NCBI GenBank assembly: GCA_965153455.1
Contig: OZ234493.1
Coordinates: forward strand, 6,076,001 to 6,140,000
DNA length: 64,000 nucleotides
Direction of reading: 5' to 3'
Source: Sphagnum compactum
Lineage: Eukaryota
The notes under the pieces were generated by a model that was given only the letters and a program-made list of their open reading frames with translations, did no database searches and was not told the DNA's origin. Numbering within the stretch: the stretch's first letter is position 1; the number at the start of each line of letters is the position of its first letter. This document shows, piece after piece, positions 39,401 through 52,566 of the stretch. A program made the translations under genes and the position numbers.

Positions 39401-42400
39401 CTTCTGCAGGTGCATAGATACTCCACATTATGATGCTTATGTGAAACTGTGGCACTTTGTTACAGGTAGTTGATGTTAATGGGATCAATTCATTAGTAGT
39501 TTTGGCGAAAACATTCTTCAGTCTCTGTGCTTGAAGTCCAGAAGAGACCTACTAGTATTTGTAGCATACACATCAGGATTGCTGGAATCCATAATATCAT
39601 TATGGAGCTCCAGTTTTTTGGTCTCTTTAAGCTGTCCTGCATAGAAAATAACTTAAAGCTTCAACCATGGATCAGCTCATTTCAGCGCAGTTTGGTGCGA
39701 TCACTCAGCTTCCAATCTCATAGCATAACCAAACCCACAAACACTCCAGTATATGAGATGAGCATGTCTAACCAAAGGGACATGCAATGTGCAAACCAGT
39801 CGCTTCTTGGGGAAGATGTGGACCAGACTTCTTCACTGTCAAAAAAATTGTCTATGATTGCGGGAGCAAGAAGACATCTGGAGGCTGGCCATGAAAAGTA
39901 CATTTTGGACATCATTCAAAGTCATCCTGCACTGGTGATTCTTTCACCAATATTATCATTCTTTTATCTTGGGGTGGGCCCTTTTTTGTAAACATTTTTT
40001 ATGAGCACTAATTACAATGTGACAGATCTGTCATGTCATAAGCAATGTGGGCCTGGACTTGTCTCCGAAATGGTTTGCAACTTTGCAACATAGTGGCACA
40101 AGGTTATTTAAACTTGCCTGGCTTGGGAGCAGGCAGCACTTGGAGGTTCAACAGGCAACCTACAACGAATACGGGCTTTTCTACGTGTAAGTTACATCCT
40201 GTTCCCACTATCCAAAACATTCATTACTCAAGTCTTTTGTTTACTAGTGCTGCATTCAGAGCAGCATTCGCTATGTCAGTGACAGGTCTATGCAGCTGAT
40301 CAGAAGTGTGTATACTATAGGTTATTAGTCAGCTCACTTAGTTCCTAGTTGTGCTTTTCTTATTACATTTGGGAGTTGAGGGTGTTTGTTTGCATAGGTG
40401 CGGCTAAGGGACCAGGGAGCAATTCTTGATTTTGATGCAACAGACTTGCGGCGACAGCCTCCATTGGACACAACATGGCATCAGGTGGATGCTGTTGACC
40501 TCATTTTTTGTGTTCCAGTGTTTGCCAGTGATGACATTCAGTTCCAACTGATTAGTGGTAGTCCCATTGTTGACACACTTCATTCTTGATGCACTATTTT
40601 CACATATAGCAAACTTGGGGACCTCAAGTGGAATCCCATATTCATGTGGGAGGGGGTCATGGCGGGTGGTGTTGACTGCAGATATATTACTGCTTACGCT
40701 CAGGTTATTATGATGAAGCAAACTTGGTTGCTCGGCAATCAAGGGTCAGCCGCACTTTTGCCCCACAGGTAGCTTTTTGTGATATTCCGTAAATTTACAG
40801 CAGTTTATGCAACTTTTCTGCTTGTTTGTCTACAGGGTCAAGTGTCTTGATCTGGAACATGAAGCAAGCAACCCATATTGGACAGAGTTTTGGTGATAGA
40901 CCTTTATGCAGGTAGCTGTGTGAGGATGGATATTTGTATTATATTTGCACAGTTTCGCAGCTCTGTTCCATGTTTGCACAGCTGCTTTTACTGAAGGTAA
41001 AAGGGTTGTGAACAGCTGGCTGAGTGGATTGCAAATAGAGGCTCAGTGTCACCAAGCACAGCAGCTGCAGTTGCAGAGGAGTGTGAACGCATGGTTCGCT
41101 CAGGAGATCGGGCAGGGCGACCAGGATATGATAAAAAGAAGATGCTTCTTCATTCTATTGTGTCCGGCAGCCGGGAACAAGCTGACCGCTTACTTCGTGA
41201 TATGCCAACACTATTCAGCACCATAGAGGACTTTCTCTGGTTTAGGCTGGCTATGATTCGGGACACTCCCTCACATACTCCCACTCAACAGGATGGGTCA
41301 ACATCCTACACTCTTGAAGATCTACAAAAGTACTTGATCAAGTTTGAGCCATCCCACTACACAAAGAATGGGAGGGACCCACTGGTGTATCCATATGTGC
41401 TGCTTTTGAGCTTGCAGCTTCATGCTGCAGTTGCATATTTGATGAAGGAGGCCGGCAGTGAAGGCTTCCATGTTGACAGTGTGCACATTGCTATCACTGT
41501 GGCAGATCATGGGTCATTGTCTGAAGGAATAGGAGGTGCACAGAAGCTAGGGGCAATGGATTCTGTCTCAGAGATTGCCAGCATCATCCGACATTATGGG
41601 ATATCATATGTGAGGCAGGGAAACTTGGCATTGGCTTTGGAGTATAATGTGCAGGCAGCAGCAACTGTTGGTGGAGGGGCAGTTGCTTGGAGTGGGCACA
41701 GCAGTGCTGAGCAGAAACGCCAATACCATAATTTGTTGAAGCAGCTTATTACAGGTAAGAAAGTGATAAATCCAAAGTGTTTGCAAAAGTGACTACTGAC
41801 TATGGAGATTGAATAGTCAGCTTCTCTTCGTTTCTGTTGTCTTCAATTCTCTATCTTTTTTTGATGAAGGTGGACCCAGGATATGACTAATTTTTGTGTG
41901 TGCTGATTGTGTTGTATGTTTCACATTGTGAAGAACTTCTGTTGCGAGATGGAGGTTTTCAGCTATTGTTGGGTGCCAGTGGATCAGGCTCAGAGGGTGC
42001 TCTGCGCCGCTTTTTGCCTGATCCACAAAGCCAGCGAATGTTGCTGCTAGATGCGGCCCGACAGTGTCAGGAATCAGGGCTTTATGACAAAGTAGGTTCA
42101 TGCTTCCTATTGTGTTCAGCACTCTTTTAGTTTGCCTTCTGTAAGCTCTGACACATTAATTCAGTTGACAGTTTTGACTGATATCCTTATTTCTTTTTCA
42201 GGCCATAGAGCTGCTCAGAAGAACTGGAGAGTTTGCAGCAGCCCTAGAAACTGTGAATCAGTGCCTGTCAGAGGCAACTGCTGCCATGGCCAGTGGCCGA
42301 GCTGATGGTGACACCAAGTCGTCTGCACTTATACTGGCTGGCAATGAGATTCTTGATACTTACAAAATTGTTGGAGGTGGAAGGTTGAGATCTTGACCTC

Positions 42401-43216
42401 TTATTTCCTCCTAACATGATCTATGTTTGTGGGCTCACATGTATACTTATGTTGACATGTATGCTCTGTATTGATGTGACTTGCAATTACCTTCTCTTCT
42501 TTGTGGCCAATATATGAGGTTAAAGCAGTGCACTAAGAGAATGAAAGATGATCACTCACTTGAAATCTGGGAATATTTTTTTGCAGTTTACAAGAATCAG
42601 ACCGACTAACAGAACAGCGAACTGCATTCCGGCAGTTAGAGTCAATTTTATCATTTCACAGATTCACCAGAATTGGGAGATACAGTGATGCGCTCCGAGA
42701 GCTGTCCAAGTTGGCTTTCCTGCCCTTGGATAATCGGACACCAGAGATCAGTGCAGAAGCATTGCGCCAAACTTCGCTATCTGTGCAGGTACAGTTTCTC
42801 TGTGTGCAACTTTATTTCCTGCAAGTACGGTGCCAACAAAGAAAAGTAGATGGGGGCAGGTAACTGACATTATCTGGCCCTCTTTGATTGTAGGCATGTG
42901 TGCCAGACCTTCTCAAAGAGGCACTTACCTGCTTGGACAGAGTAACTGACACTGATGGCACCATTCGTAACATTAAAACTAAGGTGATTATCAATCTTCC
43001 ATTTCATGGATTTACATATCGCTGCACATGAAGTATGCAAAGGCAACCATTCATCAATCTCCTTTACAGTAGTGTATCAAGTATGTAAAATCAACCACCC
43101 ATTTTTCTGCAGCTGAATCTTGAAGCATGGTTTTGCAGATTGCAAACTTCATTGCAAATGCTCTTCCAAGGAATTTGCCTCAAGAAGTATACGAGAGAGT
43201 TGCAAGAATGATGTGA
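36419..43216 (+). CDS. NUP93: Nuclear pore complex protein NUP93 (Nic96 family), multi-exon
   Basis: MAGGDTDMRSWADLLHNSSQLL...LPPIQ, RLLAREGINADQLTRDLKSFELK, TTFEDVFPVEATRVEEYLQQ, GARRHLEAGHEKYI, RRQPPLDTTWHQ|IYYCLRSG, TLFSTIEDFLWFRL, YTKNGRDPLVYPYVLLLS, ACVPDLLK and ending VYERVARMM*. GT-AG introns. Confidence 0.95.
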
Positions 43217-44670
43217 CAAAGGTTTGGGTTTATTGAAGGTTGTAGGTCTTAGGATAAGGGACCCAGTTTCGTCTTACAATCAAACACGCAGGGCGGCAGG
43301 GCTTTATAGTTAGGAAAAAACCCAGACCACTTTATCATTAATTGTGAAGTTTTGAGATGCAAGTGAAGTGATGCTTGTGCTGTATTTAAGTTCCCCAGAA
43401 ATTAAACAACCAGCGCCACATGTATCCTTTGACAAAGCTGGGAAGGAAACCACAACGGGTCTTGACTTGATTGAAGTTCTACAAACATATAAATGTTCTA
43501 GGAACACCTAAGTAATAGTTTGAAAATGGTGCAAGAATCTCAGATTGCAGGACTATGCACAGAAGTGAAAAATGCAGCATTGCATTTGCACTCAGTGAAA
43601 AGAGATGTGTTGGTAAATGAGTAACAAGTGGTTTTTAGTTAAATCAAATGCAAAAGCAAATTTCCAAACTCTTATAATTGTATGTGACACTCAATTGATT
43701 GGGGATTTATGATGCTTATAATATGATTAATTCTCGCAATATAATCAACCAAATTTTAAGATCAGTATTTACATCTAATTAATGTATGTTAAGGTCTTGA
43801 GGTGTGGGGGATTAGACTACATAATTTTGATTATGTCAATGGTTTGTAAGGGTAAATGGGATTTGCAAAAGAAAATTTGCTTCTAGTGGTTCCCAACTTA
43901 TTGATGTTCTGAACAAGGCAACATTCGGTTGTCATGTAGAATTGAGAAAGTTACGGTCCCCCAAAGTAGAGGGGGTCAAGAACTCAAAAAAAACAAACCA
44001 CCGAACACTACAAACCCCGTTCCTCATCACCATAATTTTTTGTAATATGTTACTCTGTTGCTATTAGAGTTGTAGAACTGAAGGTGGCACTCCTATAGCA
44101 CTTTAAATTTGTTTAAAATGAACAAGAAATGAGAAAGTTACAAGCTTTGAAAGTAGGAAGGGTTCAAAGAGAAAAAAAAAAGAACAAAAAAAGTCATTTT
44201 GTGAGTTGCAAAGCTTATTTTTTCTTCTTGCTATTTTTTCATTACTCCTTTTCATTTGCACTTCAAAGATGATTTCTAAAGCTTAAAGTAGCACTCCCAG
44301 AACATTTTAAATCACTCAAAATGAAGCACTTACAGATGATGAAGATCTAAAGAAGCGATTGATCGATGACGATCGGGTAGTGATTGGTGATGGGCAGTTC
44401 TACCCTAGGCTCCTGTGACAACAGCATGGAAGTAATTGTGATAACAACAACCTAATGGAAAGAAACCCTTAGTAGTCATGTGTAGCCGTTCCCTCCCAAT
44501 GCAGATCAGAGAGCAGGTGCCTAAAAGATGCCCCCAGAAAAAGAAAGAAAAGTCTTCCATCTAGGGAACATCTGGACCGTCCGATGAGCGTTAGTTAGCT
44601 GAAGTTTTCAGTCCAGTGAAATGCGCCAAGAAAATGGGAAATGTGCAGATTTTATCACACTCCCTTGCTT

Positions 44671-44825
44671 GTCCAACCAATCACCGCACATCCCCGTGAT
44701 CGTCCCAACCAATTACAGCACATCCCCGTTCTCGTCCAACCAATCACCGCACATCCCCGTTCTCGTCCAACCAATCACAGCGTCTGCTCGTGCTCTTCCA
44801 ACTAATCACCGTGCACGCCATGTCC
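44671..44825 (+). repeat. ~31-bp tandem repeat (4-5 units), each with a CCAAT-like box, in the DUF179 gene promoter
   Basis: Units gtccaaccaatcaccgcacatccccgtgatc, gtcccaaccaattacagcacatccccgttctc and gtccaaccaatcaccgcacatccccgttctc, then two degenerate copies. Confidence 0.9.
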
Positions 44826-44905
44826 TGTCGACCAGTGCTATTGTACGCCCGTCCTCGGTAACTGACTACCCGCCTGCCCGTCTCATCGGTACCCCTGCTC
44901 CTTCT

Positions 44906-44952
<47 letters not shown>

Positions 44953-45004
44953 CGCGCGGCGCTTTGCAGTGGCTGTTTCCGCTGTCGCTGTTGTCATCGC
45001 AGCG

Positions 45005-48000
45005 ATGGCGCGGTCCGTATATGCGGCTGTCATGCCGCTGCTGAAGTCGCCTTGCGAGGACTCTCTTCTGCTGTATCATCCTCCTGCTGCTGCTGTTCAC
45101 AACCGCAGCTTCAAAAACTTGCCGGATTCTTTTGTGGCGTGTCAATCCGTCGATAAATCGTGGAGCGGTTGTCGTGTTTCTTCGGATGGACGACTTCGGG
45201 GCGGCTGCCATTCCGATGCCTGGAATCGCCTATCCGCCTTGCTGCCGACCAGGCGCGTCGGACAGCCATTGCAGTCTTGGAGTACGTGTTTTTTTTTTCC
45301 GCTTTTTAGAGTACTCTTTTTTCCTCTCCTTTCCTTTGTTTGTTTGTTTGTTTTGTTTGTTTGTTTGTTTTTTTTTTTTTTTTCATTCTTTTTTCTTGAG
45401 CTCTCTGGATTAGGGAAATTACGGAATGTTGCGAACTTCCTTAAAAACACTTTCGGCAAGGCAGCAGAGTCGTAGGGATGAATGATGTCGATTCCTCGGC
45501 ATTTATGCCGGTGTGCGTGCTTTCGTGTGTTGTAAGGGAATGATGGTAAAAAGTCCAGTATCAACATGTGCAATGTGTTTGGAACACGATCGCTTTTTGG
45601 TCTAACTAAAAGTGCCTTTTTGGTCTCAAATATGACTGCATTTATTTTTAATCTTTGTGTTGCTGGTGAGAAAGATGCAGTGTGCACCTATTCTTTTTGT
45701 GCTGGAAATTGCAAGGTTATTGTGCAACAGTGGGCAATCTATGAGAACAGTAATTGTGAATGAAGTGATTCGTCTCATGAGAATTATGAAATGGAGCACT
45801 AGTCCTGTTGGGGCCTGGTAAATACCATACACAGTGCTCTTGAAGGTCTCTGAACATACCTCAGACTGTTGGTGTTGTTCACACTGCTCCTCTGTTTTTT
45901 TGGGTGGGGATTGGGAGTTCCTTGGGTTGTGGCTTCATCTTTGTCATATTTGCTGATATGTTGCCAGATGTGAAATCTATGTAATCTTATTATCAGATCA
46001 TTTCTCAATCCTCTTCAGGTTTACTTGATCCATAAGTATGGAGAATTTTGCAGTACTTTTTAAGATAATTAATAATAAAGCAAAATCATAGTTTGGGATA
46101 GAGAAAACTTGGTCCCCTGATCATTCTCACTGGAACTCTGGATTGTACCCTGTCATGGTTGCAATTCACATCTACAGGTCAATTTGGAGTCAACAGGAAA
46201 TAGGGTCTGAGGTTCTGTAGGTGAGCAATTCTTTCTTTTTTCAACTAATAACTTCAACTCTTTGGATCGTGGGAGAGTCTTGTGTCAAAATGGCAATGTG
46301 CAAAATAGCAACCTTTTAGATGTTTGTGTGCAATGAATCCTGTTGCAGCTCACTATTCCTGATAAGCCCTTCCTGGCAGATATGTACATGCGTTTTGTTC
46401 TTCTCTCCCATTGAATCTAGCAAATTCTTGTTTTGGAATATGTGGTGTATGTGCAGGGCATGTATGCACAGCATCTGGACATGGCAGCACTGGCAAAGCA
46501 GCACCAGATGAAGAAGATCCAAAAGCTGTACCTGATCAACTACCGGCCTCTGAGGGGGCTGAGGATGTACAACTCCAGGTATAGGTTACCACCCTGTCAC
46601 TACCACTTTCTGTATCTGGTGTAAATTACTGGTGCTGGGATCTTGTACTTATGTGTTTGGGTCAGAGGCTTCACATTTTCTTGTAGTTTCTCAGGCATTT
46701 AGTTTCATTTAGAGGAGTCCCCAGTTCATCATTTTTGAGGTTAGTTTGGACATTGTTGTGTTACCTTCAAAGTGTTGTTGTGGATATTTCTTTGTAATGT
46801 CATACATATGTTTTCCCAGTGACTTTAGTGGGTGTTCTGCATCCTAGCAGTGACACTGGTGTGCCTAAAGGATATGTTCAGGGTGCAGAAGGCCCTAACC
46901 ACTACCTTCTATGTTGCTTGTAAAGGGATCAGCTCAACTGGAATGAAGCTTACCCTTCCAGGCTTGTGGCGGCTTGAATGAGGATACTATTGACTATTTG
47001 ATTACCTATGTCTCTTGAGTGCTAGCCAACATCATCACCTTCCAAGTGTTGTTGTGGAGGTTTTTGTGCAATCTAATAGATCTTTTAGTTTGGATTCACA
47101 GATTCATGCATGCTGCACTTTTTCTGCATCAACCTTAGCATGCTGATTGGAGGCAGAGTAAGTCACTGAGAAGTTATATAGTGCAAGTTTAGAGCTTAAG
47201 TGCCCATTGATACCTACCATTTATTACTTAAATCTATGTCCAGCTTGGGTACTGAGTTTGTATCAGATTTTTATGTCTTGTATGGTGCAAGCCCCAGAAG
47301 TAAATGCCTGCACTTTGGTACTGTAATTCCAAGTTCTATCTGGTAGAATTCACTTGGACCAGAATATACTCTCTAGAGTTGATGTCTGTTATTACTTTGA
47401 AGAGTGATCACTCATAGAGATCCTCTTCCCCAGGGGAGGCTTGCTGGTAATGGATATTGTTTATGTGGTTCCAGGTTTGTTTGCAACATGGAAATGCTAA
47501 TTGTTTCATGACTCTGGTATGGAAGCTTTAATATGGCATCTTACAACTCGTAATTTGTCTGGACATGAACAGATTGGTGACACTCCAGTGGAACTGGATT
47601 GGCGGGCATTTCGTGCACAACTTGTTCAGTCAGAGAAGCCTGGAAGTAAAAGCATTGGTACCAAAAGTTCTGCAGCACATTGGGCACATCCAATCCTGGC
47701 ACCAGAAGCAGGGTGTGTGCTTATAGCAACTGAGAAATTGGATGGGCAACAGAACTTTGAAAGAACTGTGGTATTGCTGCTGAGCCCAGGCTCAAGTAAT
47801 CCAAGAGAGGGTCCATATGGGTTGATTCTCAACAGATCCCTATCGCGCCGCATCAAAGAGATCAAACTGAATGATTGGACTCTGGTCAAACATTTTGGCA
47901 ACTGTCAGGTATAACATGACTGCTTATCTTCTGGCAAGCAATGTAACTACAGTACAGAGCTTTTAAAGCATTTCCTTCGTAGCTCCCCTTCCCAGGGTGA

Positions 48001-48704
48001 TGTTCTGCATTACATTTTCATCCCTTTGAGTTCTTTTTGCTCATCTACAGTAGTGGTTTATTGTCCTTGGGTTGTCTTGGCCATGTTTTCCACTTTCTTT
48101 GTTCTTTTCCCATCCTTGTTTCAAGTTTATGGAAACATGATGCCCTTAAGCCTTGCAAGATGGTTGAGCTGCTCAATTATTACCATGCTAATATGTGCAT
48201 GTATTGAACTCTGAAGTCAGGAACATATGGTATCCCTTCAGGGTTCAGGATTTTCAAGTCTCTTATTGATCTGTTCAGCTTTCTCCAGAGTTATGTCTGT
48301 CAGTGTGGCAATAAAATGGAAATTTTGGTCCTCAGGCATATCTTGGAGGCCCCATGGATACAGAGGTATTTCTTCTGCTGCATGGTACCAGTGGCATACA
48401 GGGTTTTCAAGAAGTGATTCCTGGTGTGTACTATGGAACATCTGATGGCCTTGAACCTGTGGCTGAGTTTGCAAAGGGGGGAAACCAGTCTCTACCACAA
48501 GGATTTCGATTCGTGTTTGGCTATTCTGGCTGGGGCTATGATCAGTTGAAGAAGGAGATTGCTGCAGGTCTATGGTGTGTTGCAGCTTGTAGTTCTGACT
48601 TGATCACATCAGCTTCAACTGCAGGACTGTGGGAGGAAGTTTTACAGCTCATGGGGGGCAAGTATTTGGAGCTCAGCAAGAGACCACGGAGAAAACACTA
48701 TTAA
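45005..48704 (+). CDS. DUF179 (UPF0301/AlgH-like) protein, probably organelle-targeted
   Basis: Exons 45005-45281, 46472-46578, 47573-47908 and ~48337-48704 encode LDWRAFRAQLV, WAHPILAPEAGCVLIATEKLDG...FERTVVLLL, GPYGLILNR, GGP, FRFVFGYSGWGYDQLKKEI...W.VAACS, LWEEVLQLMGGKY.ELS. Confidence 0.9.
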
Positions 48705-51519
48705 AAGTTTGTCCCAGTCACATGTGTGTTCTCCAGGTTTGAACAAAAAGACTTTAAATGCATGGAGGATGCCATGGTTTGGGCAACAAAAGAGGAGAGG
48801 ATTCATTCGAAAGGGGTTGTGTGTTGCTTTCAATGGACTGCCCTGCCCTTGGAGGTAACTTTGTACAGTTGACTGGTACCTGAAATGTCTATTGTAATTG
48901 ATATCCAAAAATGGCTTCAAGGAAGTTGGAAATGGAAGCACACTTCTTTCAGGAAAGGAAGGTTGGATTTCCTCCACATCCAAGTCTGAGGATATGCACT
49001 CTCAGAAATCTCTAATAAGCACAGAAACCAGGCAAATTTTGGAGCTGATGAGCAGTGGTGGAGAGAGATCTCTGGGCTCAAAGAGTTATACTGTGTTTCA
49101 ATGATGCCAGTCTGGTGCTGCTGTTGGGGTTCAAGAGGTTGGAACTTCCAGCAATTGAGGGAATTGGTGATACATCAGCACATTTTCATGAGATGCAGAT
49201 GCATCATAACTCTTGGCTCCTCTGTTTTCTCAGACTTGTATGTCCTCAGTTCTTATTCAAATTCTGAGAACTGATGTTGGAAAAGGCAGGTGCTATATAG
49301 GTGCTCTAGGGAGGGCTATGACTCCCAAGACGGGATCAAATCGTGACTGAAGACATTGTGTCTTTTGTAAGATGGCTGTATATAGGAATGTGGGCACTGT
49401 AATCAAGGAAAAGTATGAATAATATTATGAGCTGATGAGACTTACATGTAAAACTATGAAGATATCTTTTGATCCTTCAAATGTACAAGATAGATGGAAC
49501 AATACATTGTCATAAGGAAAGGAAGGGATACAGCAGAACACTAGAATAGCTGAAACCAGGAGTGAAGTGGGAATAGTCTGTCAAACTGTCCTCCAAATGA
49601 AAGCTTTTTTCCTGATAAAATGTGCAGCTGTATCACAGAACACGAAGATGCCAGGCAGTGTTCCTGGTTTTCCAGCTGCATTAGGTCCTGTAGTTCTAAT
49701 TGGGGCACCTAGCAGTGCACCTTTTGCTCCACTAGATTAACAAGAACTTTACAGGGCAGGTCCTATCCAGGATTGCAGTTGGAGGCACTGTTGTCCAGAG
49801 CAAGAGAAGGAGGACATCTGTTTCCCACCGAAATCTTTGCAAAAGATTCAATTTGAGCTCTGGCATTTTGCAAAACTGAGCTTTGATCAGTTTGGGCCAA
49901 GTGCTCCCACCGGAAGATAGTTCAATGAGACAGCTGCTGTTGATCATGAAGGCAGGGGGCAACAACCATCTCAACACTGTCATGAAGGATGCCCCTTAGT
50001 CTAGAGTAACCTCATGGGATACCTTTTCTGTGTGATGACTATGTAGCAGCCTTCCATTTGCAGTTCTCATGAATGGTGACTGTTGTTGAGTATCTTTGGA
50101 GAAATTGTGTTCACCAAAGGTTGAGATTTCTCACTTCTAGGCCCCACGAAACAAAAATCCTTCACAAAATGTTGTTGGATTAAGAATTTTAAATTAGGTC
50201 ACCTCTCTCAATATATTGTTCAAAGTGGGATTGAGCTTTTTAGTTTTTATGTAATCCAATTGTGAGAAAATCATTTTAATTTTTAATTAATTTTTAAAAG
50301 ACAAAATAAATTTATAAATTTAATAACTTTGCTCAATTGGTTTGAAATTTGTGGAATGACAAATGTGCACATCATCTTGTTGTTGAGGGCTTTCAAGTAT
50401 ATAAAAACAAAGCAAAAGGATCTCATAGTTTGGGAAGGTCAGAGATGTCAGGGGCATGAAAACTACAAAAACAAAAAGACTTTCAAAATATATGGGAAAA
50501 CAAAAAAAAATGTAATGTGCAAGACAAAAGTTTAATTAAAATTTTATTCTAATAACATATAAAACATGAAAATGAATTGAACAAAATTATGGTGTAAATT
50601 GGGTATATGATATTTATATGAGTATGGATATTGAAGAAAGGTAAAACCGACCTTTTAGGTATAAAACCCTAAACCCTAAACCCTAAACAATACTAACTTA
50701 ATACCAATATTTTTAGTCTAATATGTAACATGAAATACATATTTGCCTTTACACCAATATCAATGCCAAGTTCACATCAATATTGGCATGTTTTAGGATT
50801 TACGCAAGTTCATGTCCACATTATATTATAGGTCATGTTTTAGGGTTCACATATTTGAAATTTCAAGTTTTGTTGGAATCACAATTGGAACAACTTGATG
50901 GGGGAAACCAATTTTCTTTTCAAAATTGAAATAGAACTTTTAAAACACAAATGTTGTCCCCCTTTTAAATAGGTTCAAGCTTTTTAAGTAAATAAATTTA
51001 AAAATATTAAAAATTAATATAATATTCCCCCTACATTTTAAGTAAGTTATCGTATTTGTTGTGATTGATTTTGTACATTATTAGTTTTCCATAATCTCCG
51101 TTTTGAATTGTGTGCACTAATGGAACAAACTAATATAGGTACTACATAATTTTATAACTAATAAAAATAAGAAATAGTGAAAATTTTGAAATTCATTTCC
51201 AGCAAATTCATATGCTTTTTTGAGAAAAAAGTTAGTGAAAAATGGATTTAATATTCTTTTAAAAATATTTTTCAGATTTCTATACATGGTTTAAGTGGGT
51301 AGCCAAAAACATATAAGGATTTTTTTTAGAAAATTCCTTTCTTTTTTTTTACTAGCCAAATTTGGCTAAATCGGCTTATGAATTATCACCACCCTGGCTA
51401 CATCACGAAATTGGGAAAAGGAAAAAAAAAAGAAAAACTTTGCTGGGATCATATCCAATCCCAAAATAGGCCAAAGGAAAAGAAAATTAGTTTTCTTCTT
51501 TTTTCCCCCTTTTCTTTTC

Positions 51520-51925
51520 TTCTCATTCTCTTCTTCTCTTTTTCGCAAAGGCAAAAAAAGAAAACAAAAAACAAAATAATAATAATAATTCTTTCTCCCT
51601 GTTCGTCTTTTCATTCTCTTCTTTTCCTTTTTCGCAAAAGACAAACAAACATCTTTCTTCTTCTTTCGGCTGCTTCTTCTTCTTCTCATTCTCTTCTTTT
51701 ATTTTTAGCAAAAGTAAGAATAAAATCTCTCTCTTGTTTCTTCTTCTCATTCTCTTCTTTTCTTTCTGGCAAAAGCAAAAACCTTTCTCTCTCTTTTTCG
51801 TGTTCTTATTCTTTTCTTTCCTTTTCTTTTCTTTTTGGCAAAACTAAAATCCAAACCTTTATTTCTCCCTTTTTCTTTCTTCTCATTCTCTTCTTTTCCT
51901 TTTCGCAAAAGGAAAAACAAGATCT
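51520..51925 (+). repeat. Degenerate pyrimidine-rich minisatellite (~6 units, ~60-90 bp period)
   Basis: Recurring tctcattctcttcttttcctttttcgcaaaa followed by an A-rich tail at ~51521, 51611, 51684, 51746, 51805 and 51881. Confidence 0.8.
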
Positions 51926-52566
51926 TTCTTCTTCTTCTTCTCTCTTCTTTCCGCTTCTTCTCTCTCCTATCTGTCGTCGCTCGCTGCTGGGTGTCTCGAG
52001 GATTGCGACGAGGCAGCGACGAGAGGGGGGAAGAGTACAAATCCTGAAGATTTGGCTGTCGTCTCATCAACCTGGAGAGATGGATTAACAATCTACAACT
52101 ACAAAGAAGAGAATGAGAAGAAGAAGAAGAAGAAGAAGAAGAGGAAGAATCAAATAGATTTCGCTTCTTTCTGTCACGAATTGCAGAAGTTTCAGTCACC
52201 TGAGCAGCAGGTAGGCACTTCGGTTTTGTTTTGGTTGATTCCCTCCATTTTGTTCCATTTGGTTGCTGAATTCGAAATCTGTTTGCAGTCAGAGTCTTTT
52301 CTTGCTGCCGGTATTCCTCTCTGTGCAGCTGTTTTAGAACCGGACCGGGAACAACAAACAAAACTGTCATCTTGAACTATTGTTGCAAGAGAGACAGAAG
52401 GGAAGTCTTTTTTGGTTTTTTGTTGTTGGAGGATTGTGAAGTGAGTATGAGAGTTTGTGTGTGTGTGTGTGTGTGTGTTTTTTTCCTTGCTTAGCTCGTG
52501 TTTTGTTGTGCGCGAGATTTTGAAGTGTGTAATTTTTAGGGTTCTTGGTGGTGACAGGAGGTAACA

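Noticed and set aside
44671..44825. CRISPR-like array (31-bp periodicity)
   Set aside because: Units are head-to-tail with no unique spacers, there are no cas genes, and the context is eukaryotic; it is a tandem repeat.
51366..52370. Long ORFs on both strands (236 aa and 207 aa)
   Set aside because: F/S/L- or K/R/E-only low complexity arising from a stop-poor pyrimidine repeat; no domain signal.
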